Positions 16,521-25,603 of a DNA stretch of 40,218 bases are shown piece after piece (within the stretch, counting starts at the first letter, position 1; every line of letters begins with the position of its first letter). This DNA comes from Candidatus Moraniibacteriota bacterium (GTDB taxonomy: Bacteria > Patescibacteriota > Minisyncoccia > Moranbacterales > GCA-2747515). Location: contig JAGLWU010000010.1 in the NCBI GenBank assembly GCA_023133275.1, forward strand, positions 1 to 40,218, in the 5' to 3' direction. Made by a program: the position numbers and the translations under genes. Under the pieces are notes generated by a model. The model did no database searches and was not told the DNA's origin. It saw only the letters and a program-made list of their open reading frames with translations.

Positions 16521-18194
16521 ATGAAACAATCAAAATTATTTGGAAAAAGCATTAAAGAAATTCCAGTTGGAGTTTCCACAAAAAATCATGAGTTTCTTTA
16601 TCGAGGAGGATTTATTCGTGAGTCAGTGGCTGGAAGATATTATTTTCTACCTTTGGGAATGCGAGTTCATGACAAGTTAGTTAAACTTATTGAAAAGGAG
16701 ATGGATAAAACTGGAGCACAGAAAATTGTTACTCCGACTTTGCATCAGCTCGAGCTTTGGAAAGAAACTAATCGAACGGATACAGCAGGTTTTGAATTGA
16801 TGACAGTGAAAGATCGGCGAGAGGCGGATTTTGCATTGGGTGGAACAGCAGAAGAAATGATTGTTGATTTAGTGCGAAAGTTTAATATTAGTTATAAAGA
16901 TTTACCATTTAACATTTATCAATTTTCCAATAAATTTCGTGATGAGATGAGAGCGAGAGGCGGGCTTTTGCGAGTGCGAGAATTTGTGATGAAAGATGCT
17001 TATTCTTTTCATGCGGACGAAGAAGATTTTAAGCGAGAATATAAGTTGATGGAAAATACCTATAAAAATATTTTTGAAAAGTGCGGTTTGAAAACATATT
17101 CAGTATTGGCGGATAATGGTTATATTGGTGGAGAATATTGTCATGAGTTAGTTGTCGAATCTGAGATTGGTGAATCTGATTTCTTTGTTTCTGAAGATGG
17201 AAAATATGTTGCTCATGAAGATGTGGCGGAATTTGATCGTGGTGAGATTAATCCAGATGATGAAATGAAAGAAGTGGAAACTATTGAACAGCCAGAATGG
17301 GTAAAGACAATGGATGATAATGTAAAACATTACGATTTGCCAGCATCAAGGTTTTTGAAAAATGTGGTATATCAAAATACGACTAATGGAGAGTTAATTA
17401 TTGTGGTGATTCGTGGAGATTTGGAAGTGAATAAAACTAAATTGGAATCAAAATTAAATTTAGTTGGTCAATTGGAGGCGGCGACTGATGAGGATTTGGC
17501 AAGTATTGGAACGAAGAGTGGATGGGTTCATTCTTGGGGACATGACGCAAAATATGTTGGTGATATTTCTTTGAAAAGTGTGAAAAATTTTATTGGTGGT
17601 CAGAAAGAGGAAAAGACAGATACAATTAATGTGAATTATGGACGTGATTTTGAATGTGAGATTTTGGATGACTTTGCGTTGGCGGAAGATAGATTTATTA
17701 AAGATGGTCAAAAATTGATTGCTAAAAAAGGTGTAGAAGTTGGAAATATTTTTCAGCTCGGTCATCATTATTCTGAATTAATGAATGCGACTTTCAAAAA
17801 TAAAGAAGGGAAAGATGAATTTTATTACATGGGTTGTTACGGAATTGGTGTTGGACGAACGATGGCGACGATTGCGGAAATTCATCATGATGAAAACGGA
17901 ATTATTTGGCCAGAAAATTTAGCACCTTTTAAAGTTCACTTGTTGAGTTTGAATGTTAATGAGAAAACGGAAGAGATTTATCGACAACTTTTGGATCAGG
18001 ATGTCGAGGTTCTTTTTGATGATCGTGATGTTCGACCAGGGCAGAAGTTTGCGGATAGTGATTTGATTGGTATTTCTTATCGTGTGGTGGTGAGTGAGAG
18101 GTCTTTGGAGGCTGGTGGTTTGGAGGTTAAGAAGAGGGATGAGAAAGAGGGGAAGATTATGAGTGTTGAAGAGGTTTTGGAATTGGTTAAGTAA
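16521..18194 (+). CDS. proS: Proline--tRNA ligase (bacterial type, with insertion domain)
   Basis: KFRDEMRARGGLLRVREFVMKDAYSF, EVGNIFQLG, MGCYGIGVGR, anticodon domain DDRDVRPGQKFADSDLIG. Confidence 0.97.
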   Translation: MKQSKLFGKSIKEIPVGVSTKNHEFLYRGGFIRESVAGRYYFLPLGMRVHDKLVKLIEKEMDKTGAQKIVTPTLHQLELWKETNRTDTAGFELMTVKDRREADFALGGTAEEMIVDLVRKFNISYKDLPFNIYQFSNKFRDEMRARGGLLRVREFVMKDAYSFHADEEDFKREYKLMENTYKNIFEKCGLKTYSVLADNGYIGGEYCHELVVESEIGESDFFVSEDGKYVAHEDVAEFDRGEINPDDEMKEVETIEQPEWVKTMDDNVKHYDLPASRFLKNVVYQNTTNGELIIVVIRGDLEVNKTKLESKLNLVGQLEAATDEDLASIGTKSGWVHSWGHDAKYVGDISLKSVKNFIGGQKEEKTDTINVNYGRDFECEILDDFALAEDRFIKDGQKLIAKKGVEVGNIFQLGHHYSELMNATFKNKEGKDEFYYMGCYGIGVGRTMATIAEIHHDENGIIWPENLAPFKVHLLSLNVNEKTEEIYRQLLDQDVEVLFDDRDVRPGQKFADSDLIGISYRVVVSERSLEAGGLEVKKRDEKEGKIMSVEEVLELVK

Positions 18195-18224
18195 TTTTTA
18201 AATTAATTTCTTAAAATAAAATTT

Positions 18225-19397
18225 ATGTTTTTAGAAAAAAGAGAAAATAAATATCCTTACAATATTCCAATTGAAAAACCTGAAGAAGAAAGAGATCCTG
18301 ATGATGAAAATTTTCCAGGAAACATTAAAATTGAAAACCCTGATGATAAAAATCCAAAAAGTATAAATGAAATTTTTGAATACAGAAAAAAATTTATTCC
18401 TGAAGTTGGAAAGCAATTAAAAAATCCAACAAGTATTGACGTTGAAGTCGCTGGAGAAAAATTAAATATAGATTATCGAGTCGTTCAAATTGAATCTGAG
18501 ATTGATAAAGAGGAAAATAAAAATCAAGATCCTGTTCTACTTTTGACTGGCTTTGGTTCGGGCTGGGAAGGAATTGCAGAATTAGCATTTTCGTTAGCTT
18601 GTGAAGGAAGATAGGTTATTTTAGCTTCTCTGCCAGGTTATGGAAATTCAAGTAATCCATCAGAAAATTATTATAAAAATGATCATTATAATAACGAAGG
18701 AGAAGTAATTTCAGAACTTTTGACAAAATTAAATAAAGAGAAAAAAATTAAAAGTGAAAAGGTGCATTTGGTGGGACATTCAATGGGAAGTGAAATTATT
18801 GCATCTACTGCTGTGAATAATTCAGAAGTTGTTTCTAGTTTAACTTTATTAGATCCAAGTGGAGTTGATGAGAAAGAAAATATTCCATTATTATTTTCAA
18901 AATTTGTTGCGTCAGGAATTCACGCATCTGCAAAGTATAATATAGCGATGTATTTATCTGGGGAAGGAGATTATGAAGGAGGTTTGTATGATTATATTCC
19001 TGAAAGAAAGCAGTGTGTTGTTGAAGTTGAAGAGGGTAACAGAAAAAGATGGAGACAAAGACTTGCGGAAGGTAAAAAATTTAAAAAAGGTCAATTATTG
19101 GAAAAGTTGAAAAAGATAGCAAAAAATATTCCTGTTAATTATATCGCTGGGGAAAAAGATTGGGTTTATCCTCCCGGAAAAACTACGAATGAGGATGATG
19201 TGATTAATGCAAGCTCTCACTCAGGAAAAGTGGCTGAAATAATTGGTGTGGAAAATATCCATGTTTTGGCAGGATTGCCTCACAATACTACTTTAAGTCC
19301 AGATGAAATTGTTGCGGTATATATGGATAATTGTTTTAAGCAATCTGAGTATAGAAATAGAATAGAAGAAGTTAGAAAAAGTTTAGAAGAAAATTAA
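18225..19397 (+). pseudogene. Alpha/beta hydrolase interrupted by a single in-frame TAG at 18612-18614
   Basis: ORFs 18225 and 18720 share a frame; read-through gives LLTGFG...ACEGR*VILASLPGYGNS...LVGHSMG...LLDPSG. Confidence 0.8.
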
Positions 19398-19411
19398 ATT
19401 AATTAAAAAAT

Positions 19412-20353
19412 ATGTCAAAAAAATATAAAATTATTATAACTGTAATTTTGGCGATTATAATTATACCAGTCGGTAAAATAGCTTATAACGAAATTCACAA
19501 AGAAGGTGTTACTCCTTTAATGTTTGCATCAAAAGATGGAGATTTGGAAAAAATAAAAGGCTTAATTGAAAAAGGTGTAGATGTTAATGAAAAAAGTGAT
19601 TACGATTGGACAGCTTTAATGTTTGCTTGTTGGAATGGTGAGGAAGAGATTGTAAAATTATTACTTGAATCAGGCGCAGATCCAAATATTGTTTCAAAGC
19701 CTGTATCTTCTCCGATGTTTGCTACATCAGGAGGACATTTTGCCACTAGTGCTTTAAAAATAGCACTTGATCGTAGATATAACTCAATTACAAACATCTT
19801 ACTTCAGTATAATGCTAATGATCCTATTTCATCTGCTGTTTTATCAATAGAGGAGAAAGAATTAAATAGAAACTTTAAGAATGATTCGAATGTTTCAATA
19901 ATTAGTGCGATACAAAGTGAAGATTTGATAGATATTAAAAATCTTCTGCAAAATGGAGCTAATCCAAATGTTGTAATAGAGAAAGGAATATATTTAAGAT
20001 CAGCTTTAGGTTATGCTATTAAAACTGATAATAATTTAGAAATAGTTAAAATTTTATTGGAAAATGGAGCAGATCCAAACATTATTTTTATAAATGGGGA
20101 AACTCCTTTTTTTGAAATAATCAGTGATGAGATTTATTCTAATGATTTGGAAATTATCGAACTTTTTTTGAAATATGGAGCGAATAAAAATCATAAAAAT
20201 AAAGGTGGTCAAACTGTTTTAGATGTTTATAATGAAATGTTAAATGCTTCAACCAAAAAATATAATGAGGAAAAAGATATAAATGAAAAAGATTCATGGA
20301 AGAATAAAGTGAAATATCAAAATAAAATCATTCAAATATTAAATAAATATTAA
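19412..20353 (+). CDS. Ankyrin-repeat protein with N-terminal membrane anchor
   Basis: GVTPLMFA, WTALMFA, LLESGADPN, LLENGADPN, GETPF. Confidence 0.9.
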   Translation: MSKKYKIIITVILAIIIIPVGKIAYNEIHKEGVTPLMFASKDGDLEKIKGLIEKGVDVNEKSDYDWTALMFACWNGEEEIVKLLLESGADPNIVSKPVSSPMFATSGGHFATSALKIALDRRYNSITNILLQYNANDPISSAVLSIEEKELNRNFKNDSNVSIISAIQSEDLIDIKNLLQNGANPNVVIEKGIYLRSALGYAIKTDNNLEIVKILLENGADPNIIFINGETPFFEIISDEIYSNDLEIIELFLKYGANKNHKNKGGQTVLDVYNEMLNASTKKYNEEKDINEKDSWKNKVKYQNKIIQILNKY

Positions 20354-20364
20354 TTTATAATTAC

Positions 20365-20562
20365 ATGAAAAAAATAAAAGAAATAAATCTGTTTAAGTTT
20401 TTTGATTATTTTGGTTTGCCAGTTTTTATTTTCCTAATGACAGACTCCATTTTTTATTTGTTGGCTGGCGATGATAGTTGGAGAGTTATTATAAGACTTT
20501 TAATTGGTGTCGCTGGAGTTTTGGTAGATGGTTATTTAGTATTTTTCCATAAAGATAAATAA
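20365..20562 (+). CDS. Small membrane protein (2 TM)
   Basis: 65-aa ORF with two hydrophobic segments, co-oriented with neighbours. Confidence 0.6.
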   Translation: MKKIKEINLFKFFDYFGLPVFIFLMTDSIFYLLAGDDSWRVIIRLLIGVAGVLVDGYLVFFHKDK

Positions 20563-20674
20563 ATTTTTAGATTTATTTATTAAAGTTTATAAAGTTCACA
20601 AAAAACTTTGGAAAATTGATATGGATAATTTGAAGAAAAATTAGTTTTTAAAATTCTCTTTTTGAAAAAAGATG

Positions 20675-20711
20675 AAACCCCGACTGATATATACGTACCA
20701 GCGGGGTTTTT
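20675..20711. terminator. Terminator between convergent genes
   Basis: AAACCCCG-a-CTG...CAG-CGGGGTTTTT. Confidence 0.7.
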
Positions 20712-20732
20712 GTGTTTGATGGAAGACCGTTT

Positions 20733-21077
20733 TTAAAGCAATTGATGAGGAATGTTTATTGTTACCTCATCAGATTCAGTATTAAAAAGAGTGACTTTTT
20801 TCCAGATTTTTCTTCTCCCTTTTGAAATCCTAACTAAAACTTTTAACCAGTTTTTTGAAGATCTTTTATCAGGTTTTAATCTTTTTTCAATTTTACAAAC
20901 AAAAAATTCTCTATCACCATTTCTGGTTTTATAGAATATTAATATTCTATTATTTGAATTCACACATTTCTTAATATTTTTTCCACTAGGAATTGTGTAA
21001 AAACATCCTTGCCAAACGGTTTTATTTTTGCGTTGAGGATGACAATTATTTTTATGTCTTCTGTTTAAATTTCTCAC
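20733..21077 (-). CDS. Small basic hypothetical protein (antisense cassette)
   Basis: GTG start with GGAGGT Shine-Dalgarno 5 nt upstream; own promoter and terminator. Confidence 0.65.
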   Translation of the reverse strand: MRNLNRRHKNNCHPQRKNKTVWQGCFYTIPSGKNIKKCVNSNNRILIFYKTRNGDREFFVCKIEKRLKPDKRSSKNWLKVLVRISKGRRKIWKKVTLFNTESDEVTINIPHQLL

Positions 21078-21129
21078 GGCACACCTCCGTTTTTTGATTT
21101 AAAAAACTACAAAGAACTTACTTAAAACA

Positions 21130-21160
21130 AGTCTATATATATATATCAATAATTAGTCAA
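21130..21160 (-). promoter_or_regulatory. Promoter with a (TA)n tract in the spacer
   Basis: Minus strand TTGACT (21160-21155), 19-bp spacer largely made of the TA tract 21134-21146, TAGACT (21135-21130). Confidence 0.5.
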
Positions 21161-21235
21161 GTATTTTTCAAAAATATTTTTACAAAAAAATTAACAATGT
21201 GCTAAAATAAAAACATAAATCAACAAAAAAACAAA

Positions 21236-23905
21236 ATGAAAAAATTTACCAAAAAACCTTATTACATTTTATCAATCCAAGAAACATTAGCTACTCTAAA
21301 AACCAGTCGACAAGGATTGAGCGAGTTCGATGCACAAGGACGTTTAGAATCATTTGGCGAAAACGTTTTGCCAAAAAAGAAAAAATTATCAAAAATAATA
21401 CTTCTCTTAAAACAATTTAACAGCGTTTTAATCTACATAATTTTAGTAGCGGCGGCAATTTCATTTTTCATTGGAGATATAATTGAAGGCACTTTCATTA
21501 TTTTCGTGGTTTTGGTAAATGTAGTGGTAAGTTTTTTTCAGGAATACAAAGCTGAACAAACTTTGAAAAAATTACAAGGATCTGTGCAACAATATACTCG
21601 AGTAATTCGTGATGGTCAAAAAAGACAAATTTTAGCTAAAAATATTGTAGTAGGTGATATTGTTGAAGTAATGTCGGGTGATAAAATAACAGCAGACGGA
21701 CGAATTATTAATGCAACAGATTTGAAAATAAATGAATCTAGTTTGACAGGCGAATGGAAAGGAGTTTCTAAAAATAATAATTCTTTGAAAAAATTGGTAG
21801 CAATTAGTGATCAGGAAAATATGGTTTTTTCTAGTACAAGTGTAATCCAAGGACAAGCTCTTTTTATAGTAACGACAACTGGAAAAGATACAGAAATTGG
21901 AAAAATTGCACAATTAGTTAAGGAAAGTGAAGAACCTCCAACACCACTTCAAAAAAAATTAGCACATCTTTCTCGACTTGTGGGAGTTTTTATTTTAGTT
22001 TCGATTGCTATTTTTGCTTCTTTGGAAATTTGGCGAGGTGAGGGAGTTGAGGATGTTTTTCTTTCTTCAACGGCTTTGGTGGTGAGTGCGATTCCAGAGG
22101 GGTTGTTGCCAGCGATTACGATTATTCTTATTTTTGGAATGCGACGTTTGGCGAAACAGCGAGCCTTGGTTCGTAAATTAGCGGTTAATGAAACTATGGG
22201 TGCAATTACTACAATTTGTACTGATAAAACTGGTACTTTGACGGAAGGGAAGATGCAAGTGAGTCATATTTTGACTGGTTCGAAAGAACTTTTTAATTAT
22301 GAAATTAATCATCTTGGATCGAACGGCGAATCTCATGGTCATATGAAAGCTTTATTAATTGCATCTTTAGTTAATGATGCCTACATTGAAAATAAAAGTG
22401 AAAGTCTAATTTCTTGGAAAGTGCAGGGTCGTCCGACGGATAAAGCTTTGTTATTGGCTGGTGTGCAGTCGGGAATTGATGTTGAAAAATTTCGGTTAAA
22501 TAATAAATTGATCGATCAAAAATTATTTAATTCAAAGCAAAAATATGCCACTCGAACTTTCCAAATTAATGATGATTCAATAAATTTAATGATGTTGGGT
22601 GCACCTGAAAAAGTGTTAGCTAAAACTTCTCAAATTTGTATCGGAAATCATTGTCAGTCAATAAATTCAAAAGAGGGAGAAGAGTTGAAAAAACGTTTTA
22701 ATGAATTGACAAGTAAAGGTTTGCGAGTTTTGGCTTGTGCGGAAAAAATTATTGATAAAAATGAATATGAAAATTTATCTCGTGAGGAAAAAAATCAAAA
22801 TTTATCGTTGGTGGGCTTTATCGCTTTAAAAGATCCGTTGCGATCAGATGTTCACGAATCATTGGCGTTGGCTGAAAAAGCTGGAATTAAAACTATGATT
22901 ATTACGGGTGATCATGCAATTACGGCGGAGGCAATTATGTCGGAATTAGGATATTATTTAGAAAAAAATCAGATTTGTGAGGGTAAAGAATTAGATAGAA
23001 TTTCTGAAGAAGAATTAGATAAAAAAATAAAAACAGTGAAAGTTTTTGCCAGAGTTTTGCCGGAACATAAAATTAAAATTGTGAAAGCGTTGCAAAAAAA
23101 TAAGGAAATTGTAGCGATGGTGGGTGATGGAATTAATGATGCCCCTGCGTTGAAAGCGGCAGATGTGGGAATTAGTGTTGGCAGTGGTACGGATATTGCG
23201 AAGGAAGTTTCTGACATTGTTCTTTTGGATAGTAGTTTTAATACAATTGTTAAAGCGGTGGAGCAGGGTAGGATGATTTATGAAAATATTCGGCGGATTA
23301 TTATTTGTCTTTTGGCGGATGATTTTTCGGAAATTTTTGTTTTTTTTATCGCAGTATTTTTTGGTTGGCCATTGCCACTTTTGGCGGTGCAAATTTTATG
23401 GATAAATTTAATCGAGGATAGTTTTTTAGATATTGCCTTGACAGTGGAAAATGATAAAAAGGGTTTGATGAATGTTCCACCACGAGATCCTCAAGAATCA
23501 ATTTTGCCTAAAAATTACAGAAATTTTGCTTTGAATGTATTTTTAATTTCTGGTGTAGTGGCGACTTTGACTTTTTGGTTGACTTTTCAATTTACTGAAG
23601 ATATTGATTTTGCTCGAACGATGACTTTTGTTATGATTAGTTTTGATTCGTTGATTTTTGTTTTTATTATTCGTAATTTGCACAAACCGATTATTCGTTG
23701 GGATATTTTTTCTAATAAATTTTTAAATTTGGCAAATCTTGTTTCTTTGGCTGTGCTTTTAGTGGGTTTGTATAATCCGTTTGTGTCTCGGTTTTTGCAT
23801 ACTGTTCCGTTAAGTTTGAATAATTGGTTTTTAATAATTGGTTTTACTGTTGTGGAAACGATTATTTTTGAGATTTTAAAAGTGAAGTTTTTTCGGAAGG
23901 TTTAA
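21236..23905 (+). CDS. Cation-transporting P-type ATPase (type IIA-like)
   Basis: IPEGL, CTDKTGTLT, ITGDH, MVGDGINDAPALK, QILWINL; TGCTAAAAT extended -10 at 21200-21208. Confidence 0.93.
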   Translation: MKKFTKKPYYILSIQETLATLKTSRQGLSEFDAQGRLESFGENVLPKKKKLSKIILLLKQFNSVLIYIILVAAAISFFIGDIIEGTFIIFVVLVNVVVSFFQEYKAEQTLKKLQGSVQQYTRVIRDGQKRQILAKNIVVGDIVEVMSGDKITADGRIINATDLKINESSLTGEWKGVSKNNNSLKKLVAISDQENMVFSSTSVIQGQALFIVTTTGKDTEIGKIAQLVKESEEPPTPLQKKLAHLSRLVGVFILVSIAIFASLEIWRGEGVEDVFLSSTALVVSAIPEGLLPAITIILIFGMRRLAKQRALVRKLAVNETMGAITTICTDKTGTLTEGKMQVSHILTGSKELFNYEINHLGSNGESHGHMKALLIASLVNDAYIENKSESLISWKVQGRPTDKALLLAGVQSGIDVEKFRLNNKLIDQKLFNSKQKYATRTFQINDDSINLMMLGAPEKVLAKTSQICIGNHCQSINSKEGEELKKRFNELTSKGLRVLACAEKIIDKNEYENLSREEKNQNLSLVGFIALKDPLRSDVHESLALAEKAGIKTMIITGDHAITAEAIMSELGYYLEKNQICEGKELDRISEEELDKKIKTVKVFARVLPEHKIKIVKALQKNKEIVAMVGDGINDAPALKAADVGISVGSGTDIAKEVSDIVLLDSSFNTIVKAVEQGRMIYENIRRIIICLLADDFSEIFVFFIAVFFGWPLPLLAVQILWINLIEDSFLDIALTVENDKKGLMNVPPRDPQESILPKNYRNFALNVFLISGVVATLTFWLTFQFTEDIDFARTMTFVMISFDSLIFVFIIRNLHKPIIRWDIFSNKFLNLANLVSLAVLLVGLYNPFVSRFLHTVPLSLNNWFLIIGFTVVETIIFEILKVKFFRKV

Positions 23906-23921
23906 GCTTGAGTTTAAAAGT

Positions 23922-23950
23922 TTGACGTGAATTAGTTTGTGTGATAATTT
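23922..23950 (+). promoter_or_regulatory. Putative promoter of the lipoprotein gene
   Basis: TTGACG, 17-bp spacer ending in TGn, TAATTT. Confidence 0.5.
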
Positions 23951-23983
23951 AAAGAAAGTTAATAAGCTTTAAATTATTCTTTT

Positions 23984-24655
23984 GTGAACAAGTATTTTAA
24001 ACAATCAGTTTTTTTAATTTTGCTTGCAGTTATGTCTGTAAGTTTTTTTGGTTGTGGTAAGGATAAGAGTTTTGAAGAAGTTTGGGAAATTCAAGAAACT
24101 GAGAATGTTGAAGTAGTTGGAGAAGAGACTGAAGAAACCGATGAGGAATGTGAGGAAATTGTGAAAGAAGAAGAAATTGAAAATTTTCAATTAAAGCCAA
24201 ATGAAAAATTAAATACATCAAACTGGCAAACTTACAAAAATGATGAGTTTGGTTTTGAGGTTGAGTATACGAGAGGTTGGAATGTTAAAAAGAAAGAAAG
24301 AGAATACTACACTTATTTTATGTTTGGTGTTAACACTGGAAATTATTGTTCTCTTGTTTATGTGCGTGTGCATGATCTTCCAAAAGAAAATATGACTTTA
24401 GATGAATTGTTAGAAACAAAAACAGATAAAAGTGACTACGTAAAATATAAATTTGAAAATTCTAAAAAAGTAAATATAAATAATCAAGAGTTTATAATTT
24501 CTGATATATATCCTGATTTTTTAAATGCAGTCACAGTCAAAAATAATAAGTATTACATAATTGAAATGGGAGACGACACAGGAGGAATAACAATTACAAA
24601 TGAATGTAGAAATTACTATTATAATGTTCTAGATTCGTTTAAATTTACAAAATAG
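23984..24655 (+). CDS. Lipoprotein with PsbP-like domain
   Basis: Lipobox FFG|C; acidic linker; WQTYKNDEFGFEVEY motif; ends LDSFKF. Confidence 0.7.
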   Translation: MNKYFKQSVFLILLAVMSVSFFGCGKDKSFEEVWEIQETENVEVVGEETEETDEECEEIVKEEEIENFQLKPNEKLNTSNWQTYKNDEFGFEVEYTRGWNVKKKEREYYTYFMFGVNTGNYCSLVYVRVHDLPKENMTLDELLETKTDKSDYVKYKFENSKKVNINNQEFIISDIYPDFLNAVTVKNNKYYIIEMGDDTGGITITNECRNYYYNVLDSFKFTK

Positions 24656-24663
24656 CTATTATT

Positions 24664-24688
24664 GAATAAGTGAATAGTTCGCTTATTC
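24664..24688. terminator. Intergenic hairpin
   Basis: GAATAAGTGAA-TAG-TTCGCTTATTC. Confidence 0.5.
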
Positions 24689-24736
24689 TACATAGTTATT
24701 TTTTGTTCTTTTCAAATTCAACTAAGGTGCGAACAT

Positions 24737-25588
24737 ATGAAAGCTAAACTGTTTTTAGCTGTATTTTGTGGAATGATGTTTTTTGGTGCTACTCAGTCTA
24801 ATGCTGAGATGGTTTTACACAAAAATTATTGGGTTTATCCTATGGATAGAAAGCCAACTAAGTATGAATGGAATGAAAGTTGGTATAGTTATTCTGTACA
24901 TATTGGTCATGATTATATGCAGCCAGCAGGATATACTGTGAGAGCTATTGCTGATGGTGTGATTGAGGATCATAATGATAGCTTGGGTTTTTACGGGGGC
25001 TGGGATGGAGCTAGTGGTTCTGCTATTCTTGTTAAACACAAGACTTCTACAGGGAGAGTGTTTTATGCTGTGTATGGTCACAACAAGCTTCAAGGTTGTC
25101 TTGATACTGGTGATAAAGTCAAAGCTGGTGAAGTTATAGGACATACTCATGTGTATTTTGGTGATGGAGGAAAACGAGCAGATCACATCCACTTTGGTAT
25201 TCGTCCAGATGAAAAAGATTCAAAAGCATTTCGTGGCAGATGTTCTGCTGCTGATGACTGCGGATGGGTTCATCCTGATGAATTCCTTAACGATAATTTT
25301 CCCGAGATGAAATTTATCAACGTTTACGAACCTGCAAGAATGTTCTTTGATGAAGATGATTTCGACTTCGGTTGGTGGCCTAGTAATGTTACTTGCATAA
25401 ATGCTGAAGCATGGGCAAGAGACAAAAAAATTGTCAAAAATGCTAATGAATCAATATGTCGAGAAGCATTTGATGATTTGGAAGGAAGATTTTTATTTGG
25501 AGATCAATATGGTTTTATTGATATGTGGCAAGGAGCTTTTTTTGGCGATGATATGAATATCGGAACTCTTCAATGTATAGCAAGATAA
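24737..25588 (+). CDS. Secreted M23-family metallopeptidase
   Basis: Signal peptide ending SNA|E; HIGHD (HxxxD), YGH, HIHF (HxH), VKAGEVIG. Confidence 0.88.
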   Translation: MKAKLFLAVFCGMMFFGATQSNAEMVLHKNYWVYPMDRKPTKYEWNESWYSYSVHIGHDYMQPAGYTVRAIADGVIEDHNDSLGFYGGWDGASGSAILVKHKTSTGRVFYAVYGHNKLQGCLDTGDKVKAGEVIGHTHVYFGDGGKRADHIHFGIRPDEKDSKAFRGRCSAADDCGWVHPDEFLNDNFPEMKFINVYEPARMFFDEDDFDFGWWPSNVTCINAEAWARDKKIVKNANESICREAFDDLEGRFLFGDQYGFIDMWQGAFFGDDMNIGTLQCIAR

Positions 25589-25603
25589 TAAGGGGGTAAT
25601 GTA

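Noticed and set aside
18612-18614. Alternative genetic code or pyrrolysine
   Set aside because: TAG and TGA both end clear genes elsewhere in the window, and no pyl genes are seen.
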